Source: Bradymonadia bacterium (GTDB lineage: Bacteria > Myxococcota_A > Bradymonadia > UBA7976 > UBA1532). From it: 64,000 nucleotides of DNA. The notes beneath the pieces were generated by a model that was not told the origin of the DNA, did not search any database, and saw nothing but the letters and a program-made list of their open reading frames with translations. Numbering within the stretch: the first letter of the stretch is position 1; every line of letters starts with the position of its first letter. This document shows positions 1-10,721 of the stretch, in pieces. The stretch lies in contig JBKAGE010000073.1 of assembly GCA_046290225.1 (NCBI GenBank), positions 1 through 64,000 of the forward strand. The letters are read 5' to 3'. Made by a program: the position numbers and the translations under genes.

Positions 1-48
1 CAGCCGCACCGCACGCTCTCGGACCTCTTTTGAATACCTCTTGCTCAT
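1..48 (-). CDS. IS3-family transposase OrfA, N-terminus (partial)
   Basis: ATG at 48 gives MSKRYSKEVRERAVRL, the characteristic IS3 OrfA HTH start. Confidence 0.85.
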   Translation of the reverse strand, partial: MSKRYSKEVRERAVRL

Positions 49-98
49 GACCCCATTCTCTCAATTTCTGGGGTCTCCGGTAAACCCGGGGCGATTCA
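1..98 (-). mobile_element. Left end of an IS3-family insertion sequence (IS51/IS6110-like terminus), running off the window
   Basis: Minus strand reads TGAATCGCCCCGGGTTTACCGGAGAC from 98, the typical IS3/IS51-group IRL, followed by an OrfA-like start at 48. Confidence 0.88.
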
Positions 99-183
99 CT
101 ACCCCGTTGTCGCTCCATCCCCACTGTCTTGTACCCCGAGCCCTTCGAAGAGAAGATAGCCGCACCGTCTTGGGGGAGTACCA

Positions 184-522
184 ATGCGCCACATCCTTAC
201 TCACACCGTCCTTTTGCTCCTGATGGGTTGCAGTGAGGAAGAGTCTCAGACTGACTGCGTTGGGCAAGAGTGCTCGGAGCTCGCGTGCGGTGGGCGGAGC
301 GAGGAGACGTGCGAGCAGTACCAGGGCTGTAGAGCATACTATGGACAGTATGGCTGTGAGGCAGAACGTGTGTTCGTGACATGTGGTGCTGGGCAGGGCT
401 GTAATCAAGGGCGTGCAAGCGGCATCTCGCCCGAAGGGGAGTGCTACCGCTTCCCCAACTACTGCATCCCGTGGGGCTGGGAGCTGGTGGAAGATCAAGA
501 CCACTGTTGCCCCTCTGATTAG
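184..522 (+). CDS. Small cysteine-rich lipoprotein (112 aa)
   Basis: GGGGAG RBS, lipobox LLMG-C, 13 Cys residues. Confidence 0.7.
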   Translation: MRHILTHTVLLLLMGCSEEESQTDCVGQECSELACGGRSEETCEQYQGCRAYYGQYGCEAERVFVTCGAGQGCNQGRASGISPEGECYRFPNYCIPWGWELVEDQDHCCPSD

Positions 523-601
523 ATTGAGTCACCCTCAATCTGGCCTGGCCTCGGCGTTCGAGCATTCCGAAGATAACGCGTTGTCGTTTTTGGAGCAGTT
601 G

Positions 602-1090
602 ATGGGATGGAGTATCAAGAGCGAGACATCGCCGGTGGCAAAACCATGCGCAGGCATCGAGCAGGTGTGGGCGCAGATGGATGCCATCATCTCAAAAAAG
701 AACGGCATCGTTACACATTTCGAACTCAACAATGAAGACATGGGGATTGGGCTATTCATGTCCATCGTGTATCAGGATCTCGTCGACCTGCCCTTTGTAG
801 ACCTGACCGTCGACAATCCAGATGTGTTGGGGTGGCTTGTCGAAATCGAGTCATCCCAGCGTCCGTCTGCGTGGCTTGCACGCTCTGCTGGATCTGGTGA
901 GCCCATCAATGTCTTCGTGCATCCCACTGCTCGGGTTTTTCGAAAGAAGATCATCATCGAGCGATCGGAGCTCGCGACAATCCTGCCCCTCGTGATGGAT
1001 GGGGTGACCGAAGTCGAAGGATATGAGTGGCTCGATGAGCAACTGTTTTTGGACCTTGATCTCACGATGAGGCGAGGCGCCCTGCTGTAA
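602..1090 (+). CDS. Hypothetical protein, weak Imm1-like immunity protein pattern
   Basis: GGAG RBS before ATG 602, within ORF 383-1090. The pattern ending ...ERSELATILPLVMDG...YEW loosely resembles Imm1. Confidence 0.5.
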   Translation: MGWSIKSETSPVAKPCAGIEQVWAQMDAIISKKNGIVTHFELNNEDMGIGLFMSIVYQDLVDLPFVDLTVDNPDVLGWLVEIESSQRPSAWLARSAGSGEPINVFVHPTARVFRKKIIIERSELATILPLVMDGVTEVEGYEWLDEQLFLDLDLTMRRGALL

Positions 1091-1097
1091 ACTCAAG

Positions 1098-1152
1098 AAA
1101 ACAAAAGGGCCAGATGAATCAGCGTACAGGGAAGCGCCGATTCATCTGGCCC
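1098..1152 (-). terminator. Rho-independent terminator downstream of the porin gene
   Basis: Stem GGGCCAGATGAATC...GATTCATCTGGCCC followed on the minus strand by TTTTGTTTT. Confidence 0.75.
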
Positions 1153-1277
1153 GAATGTGCGTGTCGTAGCACTGCCAGACAGTCCCCACGAACCTGCTGT
1201 CTGCCTGACATACAGATCATCGGGCAACTCAGCAGATCACTTGAGCCGGGTACAGCCCAGCATCAATCGTTATGTCC

Positions 1278-2522
1278 TCAGAATGCTGCTTGAAGCTGGA
1301 CTCTCACTTGATGTGTGCCTTCTGAGATCTTGCGTGCGTAGAGCCTCAGATAGTCCGCTTGCACTTTGAACGGGTGTCCATCGAAGTAGTAGCTGATGGC
1401 GCCCCCTGCCTCGCGTTGATCACTGAGGCTGCTCTCGTCGTCGCCATGGATCTCGGAGTACCGGCCAGCAACCTCGAGCCCTTGCGGGGTGATCATGTAT
1501 CCGGCCTGTATCATCCAGCCCAGGCCGTCTCGAGTGGGCGCGATCTCCATGAGCTGGCCCTGCTCGTCCAGGGCGCCGCCGTGATTGCGCTCGCCCGCTC
1601 GGGCGAAGCCTTCCCACAAGACAGACCAGCCGCGCCACTTGAACATCAAGTCGGCGGTGATGGTGTCGTTGTCGATGGTGCCGCCGTCTTCGAAGGGGGC
1701 ACCGAGTATGCCTCGGCTGCCTTTGCCCTCGGCCAGGTGCGAATATGCCAGCCCCAGGCTCAGCTTCGGGCTGTGCCAATGCTTGAGGTCCGACTCGCTG
1801 TAGTCGTCGAACATGCCGAAGGGCAGGTACTCGATTCGAGCGAGGTACAGCATGCCGAAGTCGCTCTGCGCGAAGCTCGAGTGACCTTCTCCGGTGTAGA
1901 GCCCCACGGCGTATCGCAGTCGATCCAGACCGAGGAAGTTCTCGGAGCGTAGATCGAAGCCGATGTCGCGATCGATGTTGAACTCCCGGTTCACGATGCT
2001 GCGGTCGACGAACTGCAGCTTTCCCGAAGAGATCACGCGCTGGCGGCTGAAGGGCAGCTTGTATTGCCCGATGCGGACCGTGAGATCTCGTAGATGGTCC
2101 AGATGCAGGTACCAGTCGAGGAGCGGAGACCGGGTGGGCTGAGCCTCTCGATTGATGATGGGGTTCTCGCCCCGCATACCGATGTCTCTGGGCGAGATCG
2201 CAAACTCTGCTTTGAACTTGTTGTGCTTGCCGAAGGTGTGCCCGACGAAGCTGAGACGTGCGCGCCTGATCTGCCCACTCTGGGAAGAGCTGCGGCCTCC
2301 ATCGTCGTCGGGGGCATGTACGTAGCTGTACAGGAACTGTGCCCGCAGACCGATCTGAAGTGCCATCTGGCCATCAGGGCGGGCAACTCTGAGTCCCTTG
2401 CCCGGCTGCAACCGGACTTCAACGGGTAAGGGCGGGGGATCACCCACAGGAGACGCCAGCGCACCAGGGGCCATCAAGAGCAGGCTGCTGATCCAAAGTG
2501 AGCAGGCCTGCGCTGGATGCAT
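1278..2522 (-). CDS. Phosphate-selective porin OprO/OprP family
   Basis: GGAGG RBS and signal peptide. IRRARL, GQYKLPFSRQ and RDIG motifs, C-terminal Phe. Confidence 0.8.
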   Translation of the reverse strand: MHPAQACSLWISSLLLMAPGALASPVGDPPPLPVEVRLQPGKGLRVARPDGQMALQIGLRAQFLYSYVHAPDDDGGRSSSQSGQIRRARLSFVGHTFGKHNKFKAEFAISPRDIGMRGENPIINREAQPTRSPLLDWYLHLDHLRDLTVRIGQYKLPFSRQRVISSGKLQFVDRSIVNREFNIDRDIGFDLRSENFLGLDRLRYAVGLYTGEGHSSFAQSDFGMLYLARIEYLPFGMFDDYSESDLKHWHSPKLSLGLAYSHLAEGKGSRGILGAPFEDGGTIDNDTITADLMFKWRGWSVLWEGFARAGERNHGGALDEQGQLMEIAPTRDGLGWMIQAGYMITPQGLEVAGRYSEIHGDDESSLSDQREAGGAISYYFDGHPFKVQADYLRLYARKISEGTHQVRVQLQAAF

Positions 2523-2748
2523 CTCGAAACCTCCGAGTTGATGAAGGAGGCGCGTTTCCTGGTCCGGGTGGCATCTCCTGGAGTCGTGTGTCACGCGTTT
2601 GTCACATTTTAGTGACTTAGGGTCAATAAATGCTGTTGCGCGTATGCATGGCTCTTTCTGCTCAGAGTGCTCGAAAAAAATCTGCGTCGAGCGAAAAGGA
2701 GTGCGAGCCGCCCCTGTAAAGGCTCTCCAGAACTCACTGGAGACCACC

Positions 2749-4977
2749 ATGAAGACCCTCCCCCATATGTTGTGTTGCGTGGCCCTCGCCGGCTGTGGCC
2801 TTGGCCAGATCGAAGAAGACGTGGTGCCCCTGGCCACGGGACTCGTGAACAGCCAGCTGCAGGTCGAGACCCTCGACAACGAGCTGAGCGCCCTGGAAGG
2901 CGACACGCTTGAGCTGAGCTTCTTCCCACATACGCCTAGCCCCGAGGCGCCCATCGAGGTGGTCGACTCCACCCTGGAGGCCCACATCTACGATGTGCTG
3001 GAGACCGGAGGGCTGATCGGCTTGACCGAGCTGCCAGAGATCGGCACCCAAATCACCGACGCCATCGACAACGCCATCGTCGACGCCCATGGGGCCTTCG
3101 CCGGACTGTTCAACGACAACTGGTCCGCCATCAGTGCCGGGCAAAGCGACTGTGTCGATTGCAGCTGGTACTGCGACGTCAAAGGCGAGGGTCACATCCG
3201 CCTCGCAGCGTTTCGGGGGCTCACTGCCACTTGGGGCGACGTCACTGTTGAGGCGGTGCCCGCCGATGATCTGCTGCGCATCGAGGTGCACCTCGACGGG
3301 GTGACGCCCGACGCCAGCTTGAACTACAGCGTGGGCGTGGATGGGTGGTGCGTGACCGACGTCGACAGGTGGTCCACCACCGCTGACACCCCGCTGAGCT
3401 TCGACCTCGACTTCGCCCTCGAGGTCGAGTTCTCCACGGAGAACGTCGAGGCATGTGATCCTGCCGTGAGCTGCTGTGAAGAGCTGGTGGCCATCGAGCT
3501 GACCGTGAAGGACTTCCTCATCAGCGAGGTGGAGAAAGATCTGCCCACCGCCGAGGTCTCGGGCCTGTACTACATTCCCCCGTTCATCTTCATTCCCTTC
3601 GACGAGTCCATGGATCTCGACTCGGTGGTGAGCAACGAGGCCATGGCTGATCTCATCAACAGCCAGCTCGAGGGCAGTGAGGTGTCCACCCGCGTCGAGG
3701 TGTTGGACGGGCCCTTGCTGGCCCACGACTTCGAGGTGACCGAAGAGGGCGCCACCCTGAGCTTCAACTACGACAACGACAAGGATGATCAGTTCCTCTG
3801 TGACGATTGCCCGTTCGGTGGTGTCGACATCGACAACGATGGCTGGTGCAGCAACACCGCTGTTGACCCCGACAACTGCCGCTGGATCCCCAACCCGGAC
3901 CAGGCGGACAGTGACGGTGATGGTCTGGGTGATGCCTGCGACACCTGTGATGTCGAGAACATCGGTGACATGGAGACGTCGTGCTTCGACTTCGGCTCCG
4001 CGAGCAACATGCCGGGGTCGACGATCTGTCTCCCCGCTGGCGATGGCGTGGACGACGCGTGCGACAACTGCGTGGGGGTGATCAACCCCGGGCAGGAGGA
4101 TCACGACGGTGATGGCCTCGGTGATGCCTGCGACGACGATGACGACAACGACGGGGTGGTCGACGAAGACGACAACTGCGTACTCGACTTCAACGTGAAG
4201 CAGGGGGACGAAGACGGCGATGGCGCCGGTGATGCCTGTGACAACTGCCTTGGTCTGGCCAATTCGGACCAGACGGACACTGACGGTGACGGCCTCGGCA
4301 ACGCCTGTGACGACGACGATGACGACGACGGGATCCTCGATGGCGAAGACAACTGCCCCGATGTTGCCAACCCCGCCCAACACGACAGCGATGTGGACGG
4401 CATCGGCAATGCCTGTGACGCCAACGATCACTGCAACCCGGCCATTGGCCTCATCGACAGCTGTGGCTTCCCGGAGTTGCTGGTGGAGTGGCCCTTGCTC
4501 CACGGCTGCATCGGTCCCGAGTGCTGGGTCAGCCTGCCCCCCACCATGCTCGACATGCTGGGTCAGTCTCTCGCCGAGGCGGGCCCTCGGACCATCATCG
4601 GTGCGGTGGAAGTCGTCGGCGCCTGGGGCGAACTCGAAGATCGCCACATGCTCATCGACATTCTCGCCGCCGCCAACGGCCAGCGGCTCAGCCGGACCGA
4701 AACGACTGCAGAGCTGCTCCTGCGCACCCGGCAGCGCCCTCTGGATCGCCGCGCCACCAGCATGGTGGCGCGAGCAGCCATGGTGGGCCTCAACCATCTG
4801 TCGGGGCGAGCCTTCGGGCTGACCTGCCGTGACTGTGGTGACGACGCCCGGGCGTGGCTCAACTTCTTCAACCGCGCCGAGGCTCAGGGCCGGCGCATCC
4901 CCCACCGGGACATTACCTCTACACGCCCATGGATGACCCGTGATCGAGGTGAGGACCCCTTCGCCCGCCGCCGATGA
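2749..4977 (+). CDS. Thrombospondin type-3 repeat lipoprotein
   Basis: Lipobox LAG-C. Multiple DNCxxxxNPxQxDxDGDGxGDACD Ca-binding repeats. Confidence 0.85.
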   Translation: MKTLPHMLCCVALAGCGLGQIEEDVVPLATGLVNSQLQVETLDNELSALEGDTLELSFFPHTPSPEAPIEVVDSTLEAHIYDVLETGGLIGLTELPEIGTQITDAIDNAIVDAHGAFAGLFNDNWSAISAGQSDCVDCSWYCDVKGEGHIRLAAFRGLTATWGDVTVEAVPADDLLRIEVHLDGVTPDASLNYSVGVDGWCVTDVDRWSTTADTPLSFDLDFALEVEFSTENVEACDPAVSCCEELVAIELTVKDFLISEVEKDLPTAEVSGLYYIPPFIFIPFDESMDLDSVVSNEAMADLINSQLEGSEVSTRVEVLDGPLLAHDFEVTEEGATLSFNYDNDKDDQFLCDDCPFGGVDIDNDGWCSNTAVDPDNCRWIPNPDQADSDGDGLGDACDTCDVENIGDMETSCFDFGSASNMPGSTICLPAGDGVDDACDNCVGVINPGQEDHDGDGLGDACDDDDDNDGVVDEDDNCVLDFNVKQGDEDGDGAGDACDNCLGLANSDQTDTDGDGLGNACDDDDDDDGILDGEDNCPDVANPAQHDSDVDGIGNACDANDHCNPAIGLIDSCGFPELLVEWPLLHGCIGPECWVSLPPTMLDMLGQSLAEAGPRTIIGAVEVVGAWGELEDRHMLIDILAAANGQRLSRTETTAELLLRTRQRPLDRRATSMVARAAMVGLNHLSGRAFGLTCRDCGDDARAWLNFFNRAEAQGRRIPHRDITSTRPWMTRDRGEDPFARRR

Positions 4978-5142
4978 ACCCCGCGCTGAGATGGCGCTGA
5001 AGCACAGGGCGCGAGCCTCAAGGCCGGCTGATTCGACAATGCCATCCGTAATCTGAACGAGGTGCCTTTCCCTGGTTGGGTCATGACACCCGAAACCAGG
5101 GCTGTTCAGCCCGAGCTGAGAGCTGACTTCAGCGAGCCTGCT

Positions 5143-6831
5143 TCACCGACACTGAATCAGCTCCAGCAGCTCTCCGCGATCACGCCCGAACTCCGCCATG
5201 CGATCCTGAAGCTGGCGCTCGATCTCTGCCATCGTCTCCCCAGCGCGTTCGTCGTCGGCGCCGGGCGTATCGGCTACACACACGAACTTTCGGGTGCCGC
5301 AGGCATCGAGCACCTCGCACGCATCATTCACTGCGGTGGCCATCATCAGCCCCTCGTCACCGGCGTAGGCCTCACCGTCGAGGAGCACCAACCGTACATC
5401 CTCGGGCCCTGCGTCGATGAGGGCGTCGTAGGGGTCTGCGCCCTCGCGGCCCACCACGAGAATGTCGGCGCGGTAGCCTGGGGCGAGCGTGCCGATGCGA
5501 TCACCGAGACCCAACACTTCGGCGCCGTCCGAGGTGGCCATGCGCCACAGACGCTCACCGGTGAGCGCAGAGATGCCCATTTGCCGGCCGTATGCCCGTG
5601 CAAAGCGAAGCTCCGAGAGCATGTCGTCTTCACCAGAGACCGTCCAGTCGGGACCGAGGCCTACGGTCATACCCAGCTCGAGCATCAGCTCGATGTCGGC
5701 GGTCATGCCGTACAACACGATGTTCGAAGAGGGTGACCACACGACGTACGCACCGAAGTCGGCGGCGACGCGCAGCTCGTCTTGGGTGAGCCCGAGGGCG
5801 TGGATCAGGATGGAGGTGATGTAGGGGGCGCCGTCGCTGTGGAGCAGATTGATCGTGCGAGGGGCGGCGTTGCCTCGATCTTCTTCGCCCAAATACGAGC
5901 TGAACTCGTTCTCGACGTTACGCCCTGTGAGCCCCTCGGCCATGTGCACCGCAAAACGGGTGGTCTCGCCGTTGGCGAACTGTTCGACCAGCGAGGTGCG
6001 ATCGAGGCCGTCATCCTCGTCGCGGATATCGCGGACCGAGCTGATGGTGGTGCGCAGGTGATCCGGGCCGAGGTTGTGGTAGCTGAGATCGGCATTTCGA
6101 GCGAGGCGATCAGTACAGGTGCGCTGAGGACTCTGACCTTGCACTGTGGTGGTGCCGTGCAGGAGTGAGCGGATCTCCCCCCACTTGACTGCAGGGCACA
6201 CCACCGCGTTCGAGCTGCGGTTCGCGGCAAAGGGCTCGATGTGCTCTTCATAGTCCGGGTCGTCGGCCCACTCATAACGGTTGTTGAACAACTGCATGCT
6301 CGGGGGCACCCACTCATCGAGGAAGTTGTAGGTCAGGTGGTTGTGCCCATCGATGAGCCCCGGAGAGATGATTCCACGGGTCTCCAAGGTGACGGCGCCT
6401 GGAGCCTGATCTGAGCAGCCACGTGCCGGCGCTACACATTCGATGGTGTCATCGATGATGTGCACTTCACCCTGGAAAGCCTCTCCTGGCGCCAGCACTA
6501 CGCCACGCAGTATCAAGCCCTGTCCGCCGGTCATCAGCACGTCCGCTGATGGCGTGGGCTGAGAGTCTGCAGGTGGCGGGAGCCCCATGTCGTCCTGAGC
6601 AGGGATCATCCCGTCATCTGGGCGGTCGATGCCCATGTCGGGGCGAGGGTCGATGCCCATGTCACCCGGTGGAGGGGTGAAGTTGGTATCTGGACGCATA
6701 GGGGGGGCCGGCATGCCCACGCCCGTGTCTCGCGGGACGCGGATCTCACCGGCGTCGCTGATGTCGTCATCGGTGGCGCACCCGAACGAGCAGAGCAGAG
6801 TGAGCAGCGCGAGCAGGGGGAGCCGACGCAT
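5143..6831 (-). CDS. Amidohydrolase-family lipoprotein
   Basis: GGAGG RBS and lipobox SFG-C. Motifs PGLIDGHNH, HMAEG, IHA, GPDW and GTLAPGYRAD. Confidence 0.85.
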   Translation of the reverse strand: MRRLPLLALLTLLCSFGCATDDDISDAGEIRVPRDTGVGMPAPPMRPDTNFTPPPGDMGIDPRPDMGIDRPDDGMIPAQDDMGLPPPADSQPTPSADVLMTGGQGLILRGVVLAPGEAFQGEVHIIDDTIECVAPARGCSDQAPGAVTLETRGIISPGLIDGHNHLTYNFLDEWVPPSMQLFNNRYEWADDPDYEEHIEPFAANRSSNAVVCPAVKWGEIRSLLHGTTTVQGQSPQRTCTDRLARNADLSYHNLGPDHLRTTISSVRDIRDEDDGLDRTSLVEQFANGETTRFAVHMAEGLTGRNVENEFSSYLGEEDRGNAAPRTINLLHSDGAPYITSILIHALGLTQDELRVAADFGAYVVWSPSSNIVLYGMTADIELMLELGMTVGLGPDWTVSGEDDMLSELRFARAYGRQMGISALTGERLWRMATSDGAEVLGLGDRIGTLAPGYRADILVVGREGADPYDALIDAGPEDVRLVLLDGEAYAGDEGLMMATAVNDACEVLDACGTRKFVCVADTPGADDERAGETMAEIERQLQDRMAEFGRDRGELLELIQCR

Positions 6832-7277
6832 CCAGTGCCTCCGTGATGATGAGCCCTGATGGTAAATCAAGAATGGGGTGTGGTCCGAGTCTCTCCGGCG
6901 ATTGTAATGATTGTCACACCATCGCCCTTCATTGCTCACATGGAAGGGCGGACATGTCGAGCCATGAGTGATCGTGCTCTGCCAATGACTGATTTGGGTT
7001 GGGTCGACTCCGCCCCATTGATGCGTTGTGGGGCACTGTCTGCCGAAAGAGTGGCCATCAGGTGGGACGATGGGGCCGTGGAACCACCTGATATCGTCAC
7101 ACACGCACACACTCGGCCTGGCCGAGCGCCGTCACTGATGAGGCGGCGCTCGGTCTCCCTTTCGGGCCCGGCCGGTCGTGCGTCCCCCACAGCTGATTGC
7201 GTGGCTGGTCGGGCCCACTCTTCCTTGTATTGTCTATGAGGTGCGTCTTTTCTGAGCAGTGATTGCCTCAGAGATAT

Positions 7278-9836
7278 TCAGCGACGGCGGCGGGCGAGGC
7301 CGAGCAGGCCGAGCAAGGCGAGGAGAGAGCCTGAGGTATGGCCGGAATGGTTGCAGCCGGAGCTGCTGCTGCGCACCGTGGGGCCACTGCCGTCGTTGTC
7401 ACCGCCTGTGCCACCAGCGCCGCCACCACCAGCGAGCGGGGCCCCACCGGCTCCACCAGCACCGGCCATGTCTCCGCCTGCACCGGCTGCACCGCCGGCG
7501 CCACCAGCACCAGCTGCGCCACCGCCCGCACCGGCCATGCCACCACCGGCACCACCAGCGCCACCGCCAGCACCGCCCACCGGATCAGAGCCCGGCATGA
7601 GTGACAGAGAGGTTTGCAGTGTGACCTCAGGGCTCTGGGGACTACCAGCGGCCATCTCCAAGACCACCTCACCGGCGGCGACAGCTTCGAGGGTGACCTC
7701 TACGCCCACTGATGCCCCAGCGGGCAGATCCGCGAGACTGCACAGCACCCAGTTGCCCGCTGCGACACAGCGATCATCGCCGCCTGCTGCGGCGAGGGCC
7801 CCCGGTAGCTGGCCCACGACATAGGCAGCGTTGGTACCGTCGGGTCCATCATTGGTCACGTCGAAGCGCACTGAGATCTCGTCGCCCACTGTGGCCTCGG
7901 TGATCTCAGCCGTAGCCTCGGCAGAGATCGACACGCTGGGCAGCTCGCCGCCACCACAGTCTGCGGGGATCTCCGTAGACCAGGTCTGATCACCTTCGCA
8001 CCGGTACATGTCGAAGGGCTCGCACTCCCAGTTGATGAAGTCGATTTGCTCGCAGTAGTTCTCCCGAAGCTCGAGCCATTCTGGTGTGAACCGGATGACG
8101 CGCCCGGCGTCGGAATGTTCCGTGAGGTTGCCGGTGATGGTCTCGTAGCTGCTCGCGGAGATCTCTACAGTGTTGGGGCCCGCCGGAGCGCTCTCCACAC
8201 CGGAGTCGTCCATGGCCACGGCCACCACCTGGTAGTTGCCTGGCAGCAAGCCACAACGCTCCACCTGCCAGCTGCCCCCGTTGACCTGAGCAGACTGTGT
8301 GCCCACACCGAGGATCACGACATCGACGCCGGCCACAGCAGAGTCGTCTTCGGCAGTGCCAGAGACCGTAATGCAGTCACCGCTGCCGCTCACCGAGCTG
8401 ATCTGCGCCACGGGGGGAGCCATCATGGGGCCGCCGCCACCGGCACCGCCCATACCACCCGCGCCACCCATACCACCGCCCATGCCGCCGACGGGCTCGT
8501 CGCCGCCCACTGGAGGACCGAGGCGGGGGTTGTTGTTGGTGAACGTCTCCGCCACGTACATGGCGAAGTCCATGGCGTCGTGGTTGACGTAGATCACCCC
8601 GAGCTTGCCGTTGGGGGCCAGGTTCACTCGATCAGTGACGAAACGCCCCGTGACCGGATCGAGCAGGCCCTCTTCTCGCAAATCGTCGCGATCGGGGATC
8701 GTGCGGGTGTCGGTGTTGCTCAGAGGCCCCGCTGGCCAGGCGTGACGCAGGGTGTCCTGCTCGATCTTCACCACCCGGATACGGCCCTGATCGTCGCGCC
8801 AGATGTTGGCGAGGGCCTGCCATGGACGCACGATCTGATCGGCGATGAGGCACTGCACCTCGCCACCGTCACCCATGCTGGCGTCGCCGCCCTGACAGCC
8901 GATGCCAGTACCCTCGTCGAGCACCACCCCCGTCTCGTCGGGGGCGCCGCCGCCGAGGATGAGCTCGGAGAAGGCCTGCGCCCGAGTCTCCTGGTACACG
9001 TGGGGACAGAACTTGTCGCCGTCCCAGATGTCCTGGTTGTAGAACTTCGAGGTGTCGAGGGGGCCGCTGCCGGCAGGCAGGCTGTTGTCGTCAGAGACGA
9101 TGGCGTACATCTGCTGCTCGATGAGGGCCCGACCCCGGGGATCGGGAGACTCGTCGGCGTAGCGCTGGCACTGAGACTTCACCGAGTCTTTGCTGAAGCC
9201 CGCTGGAGGCGGCATCACCGCGGTGCCCTGGGCGCTGCCGATGCCCGGCGCTGCAGCCGTGGCTACACCGGTGAAGATCTCCGGGGCCATACAGCCCACC
9301 TCGACGGCCACTGCACCGCCAGCAGACAGGCCCGAGACGTAGATTTGATTCGGATCGATGCTCCACTCGGGATCACCGGCCATGGCCGTCGCTGCGGCGA
9401 TGATGGCCGACTGATCGGGATCGTTGCGGGTGGGGCGGTACACCCCGAAGGCGCCGTCGTAGCCGTAGTTGAGGCATTCGACGTTGGTGGCGTCCCGGTT
9501 GGGGAACACCGGGTTCACCAGCCCGGGGATCACCACCACCAGACCATAGGCCTCGGCGGCGTCGATCCAGCCACCGGCCTGGGCCATCTGGAAGGGCATC
9601 TGACCACAGCCCACCAGGTAGAAGATCGCGCCACGCTGCCCCGGAGTACGGGGGCTGAAAGAGTCAGGGGTGTAGACCCAGGCGTCGGGAAAGCCCATGA
9701 AGTTCTCGCGGAACTCCCAGTTGGTGCCCGCAGCCCATGCGGTCTCGTTGGGGATGCTCACCGCCCCGGCCTGAGTGCTGATCCCCAGCATCAGAACAGC
9801 GGCGCTCAAGCTGAGCCAGCGCGTGCCCTTGGACAT
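7278..9836 (-). CDS. Extracellular PHB depolymerase-family esterase with Ig-like and DUF11-like domains and a MYXO-CTERM tail
   Basis: Signal peptide and lipase box GLSAG. Gly-rich linkers. C-terminus SSGC...LLALLGLLGLARRRR. Confidence 0.8.
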   Translation of the reverse strand: MSKGTRWLSLSAAVLMLGISTQAGAVSIPNETAWAAGTNWEFRENFMGFPDAWVYTPDSFSPRTPGQRGAIFYLVGCGQMPFQMAQAGGWIDAAEAYGLVVVIPGLVNPVFPNRDATNVECLNYGYDGAFGVYRPTRNDPDQSAIIAAATAMAGDPEWSIDPNQIYVSGLSAGGAVAVEVGCMAPEIFTGVATAAAPGIGSAQGTAVMPPPAGFSKDSVKSQCQRYADESPDPRGRALIEQQMYAIVSDDNSLPAGSGPLDTSKFYNQDIWDGDKFCPHVYQETRAQAFSELILGGGAPDETGVVLDEGTGIGCQGGDASMGDGGEVQCLIADQIVRPWQALANIWRDDQGRIRVVKIEQDTLRHAWPAGPLSNTDTRTIPDRDDLREEGLLDPVTGRFVTDRVNLAPNGKLGVIYVNHDAMDFAMYVAETFTNNNPRLGPPVGGDEPVGGMGGGMGGAGGMGGAGGGGPMMAPPVAQISSVSGSGDCITVSGTAEDDSAVAGVDVVILGVGTQSAQVNGGSWQVERCGLLPGNYQVVAVAMDDSGVESAPAGPNTVEISASSYETITGNLTEHSDAGRVIRFTPEWLELRENYCEQIDFINWECEPFDMYRCEGDQTWSTEIPADCGGGELPSVSISAEATAEITEATVGDEISVRFDVTNDGPDGTNAAYVVGQLPGALAAAGGDDRCVAAGNWVLCSLADLPAGASVGVEVTLEAVAAGEVVLEMAAGSPQSPEVTLQTSLSLMPGSDPVGGAGGGAGGAGGGMAGAGGGAAGAGGAGGAAGAGGDMAGAGGAGGAPLAGGGGAGGTGGDNDGSGPTVRSSSSGCNHSGHTSGSLLALLGLLGLARRRR

Positions 9837-9992
9837 GTTTCCTCCACCGTGCAGTGCAATATCGAGCATCTGTGCAGTCTGCGCCCACACACCCCCCGCC
9901 GAAATGAAGGTGGAGGGTGAGAACGTGAGTTTTTACGTCTTCCACAGGTTGTCAGGGAAGTTAAAAGGGCGTTGACAGCTGAGTCAAGCCTG

Positions 9993-10009
9993 ATGTTGCG
10001 TCGCAACAT
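9993..10009. promoter_or_regulatory. Palindromic putative operator in the divergent depolymerase/wrbA intergenic region
   Basis: Perfect palindrome ATGTTGCG-T-CGCAACAT, just downstream of a TTGACA at 9972. Confidence 0.45.
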
Positions 10010-10124
10010 TCTTGCGGCGCCAGCCATTGTGGGCTCTGACGAAACAGTTTTGTGCAGATCGAGCCCTTCTCCAGGTGGGGGTCCGTCACTACCGTCGAAG
10101 CACACACGCTTCAAGGGAGTGACC

Positions 10125-10721
10125 ATGAGCACCAGGATCGCAGTGATTTATTACTCTTCCACTGGCACCAACCACACCATGGCTCAGGCCATCGCCGAGG
10201 GGGCCAAGGCCGCGGGGGCCGAGGTGCGGGTGCGCCACGTCGCCGAAAGCGCACCTCAGGCAGCCATCGACAGCAACCCCAAGTGGAAGGCCCACCGAGA
10301 GGCCATCGCCCACGAGCCTGTGGCCACCGGTGAGGACATCGAATGGGCCGACGGGGTCATCTTCGGCACCCCCACCCGGTTCGGGAACGTGTCCTCGCAG
10401 TTCAAGGGCTTCATCGACAGCCTCGGCGGGCTGTGGTTCAACGGCAAGCTGGCCAACAAGGTGTACGCCGGCTTTACCTCGGCGCAGAACCCCCAAGGTG
10501 GCCAGGAAGCCACCCTGCTTGCCCTGTACAACAGCATCTATCACTTCGGGGGTTACATCGTGACCCCGGGCTACACCGATCCGCTGGTCTTCGCTTCGGG
10601 CGGCAACCCGTATGGCCCTTCAGTGACGGCCAACGGCGAGGGGCCCACAGAGGCTGATCTGGCCCATGGCCGCTACCTGGGTCAGCGAGTGGCTACGGTG
10701 GCGGGCAAGCTCACGGACTGA
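10125..10721 (+). CDS. wrbA: NAD(P)H:quinone oxidoreductase, WrbA family
   Basis: Flavodoxin motif YYSSTG, plus GTPTRFGN, GGQE and GGNPYG. Confidence 0.92.
   Translation: MSTRIAVIYYSSTGTNHTMAQAIAEGAKAAGAEVRVRHVAESAPQAAIDSNPKWKAHREAIAHEPVATGEDIEWADGVIFGTPTRFGNVSSQFKGFIDSLGGLWFNGKLANKVYAGFTSAQNPQGGQEATLLALYNSIYHFGGYIVTPGYTDPLVFASGGNPYGPSVTANGEGPTEADLAHGRYLGQRVATVAGKLTD

Noticed and set aside
1098..1270. Possible riboswitch or ncRNA
   Set aside because: The hairpin plus U-tract lies downstream of convergent genes, so a terminator explains it.
2734..4905. 723-aa minus-strand ORF
   Set aside because: Antisense shadow of the thrombospondin-repeat gene, typical of high-GC codon bias, with no motifs.
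8046..9920. 624-aa plus-strand ORF
   Set aside because: Shadow of the depolymerase gene.
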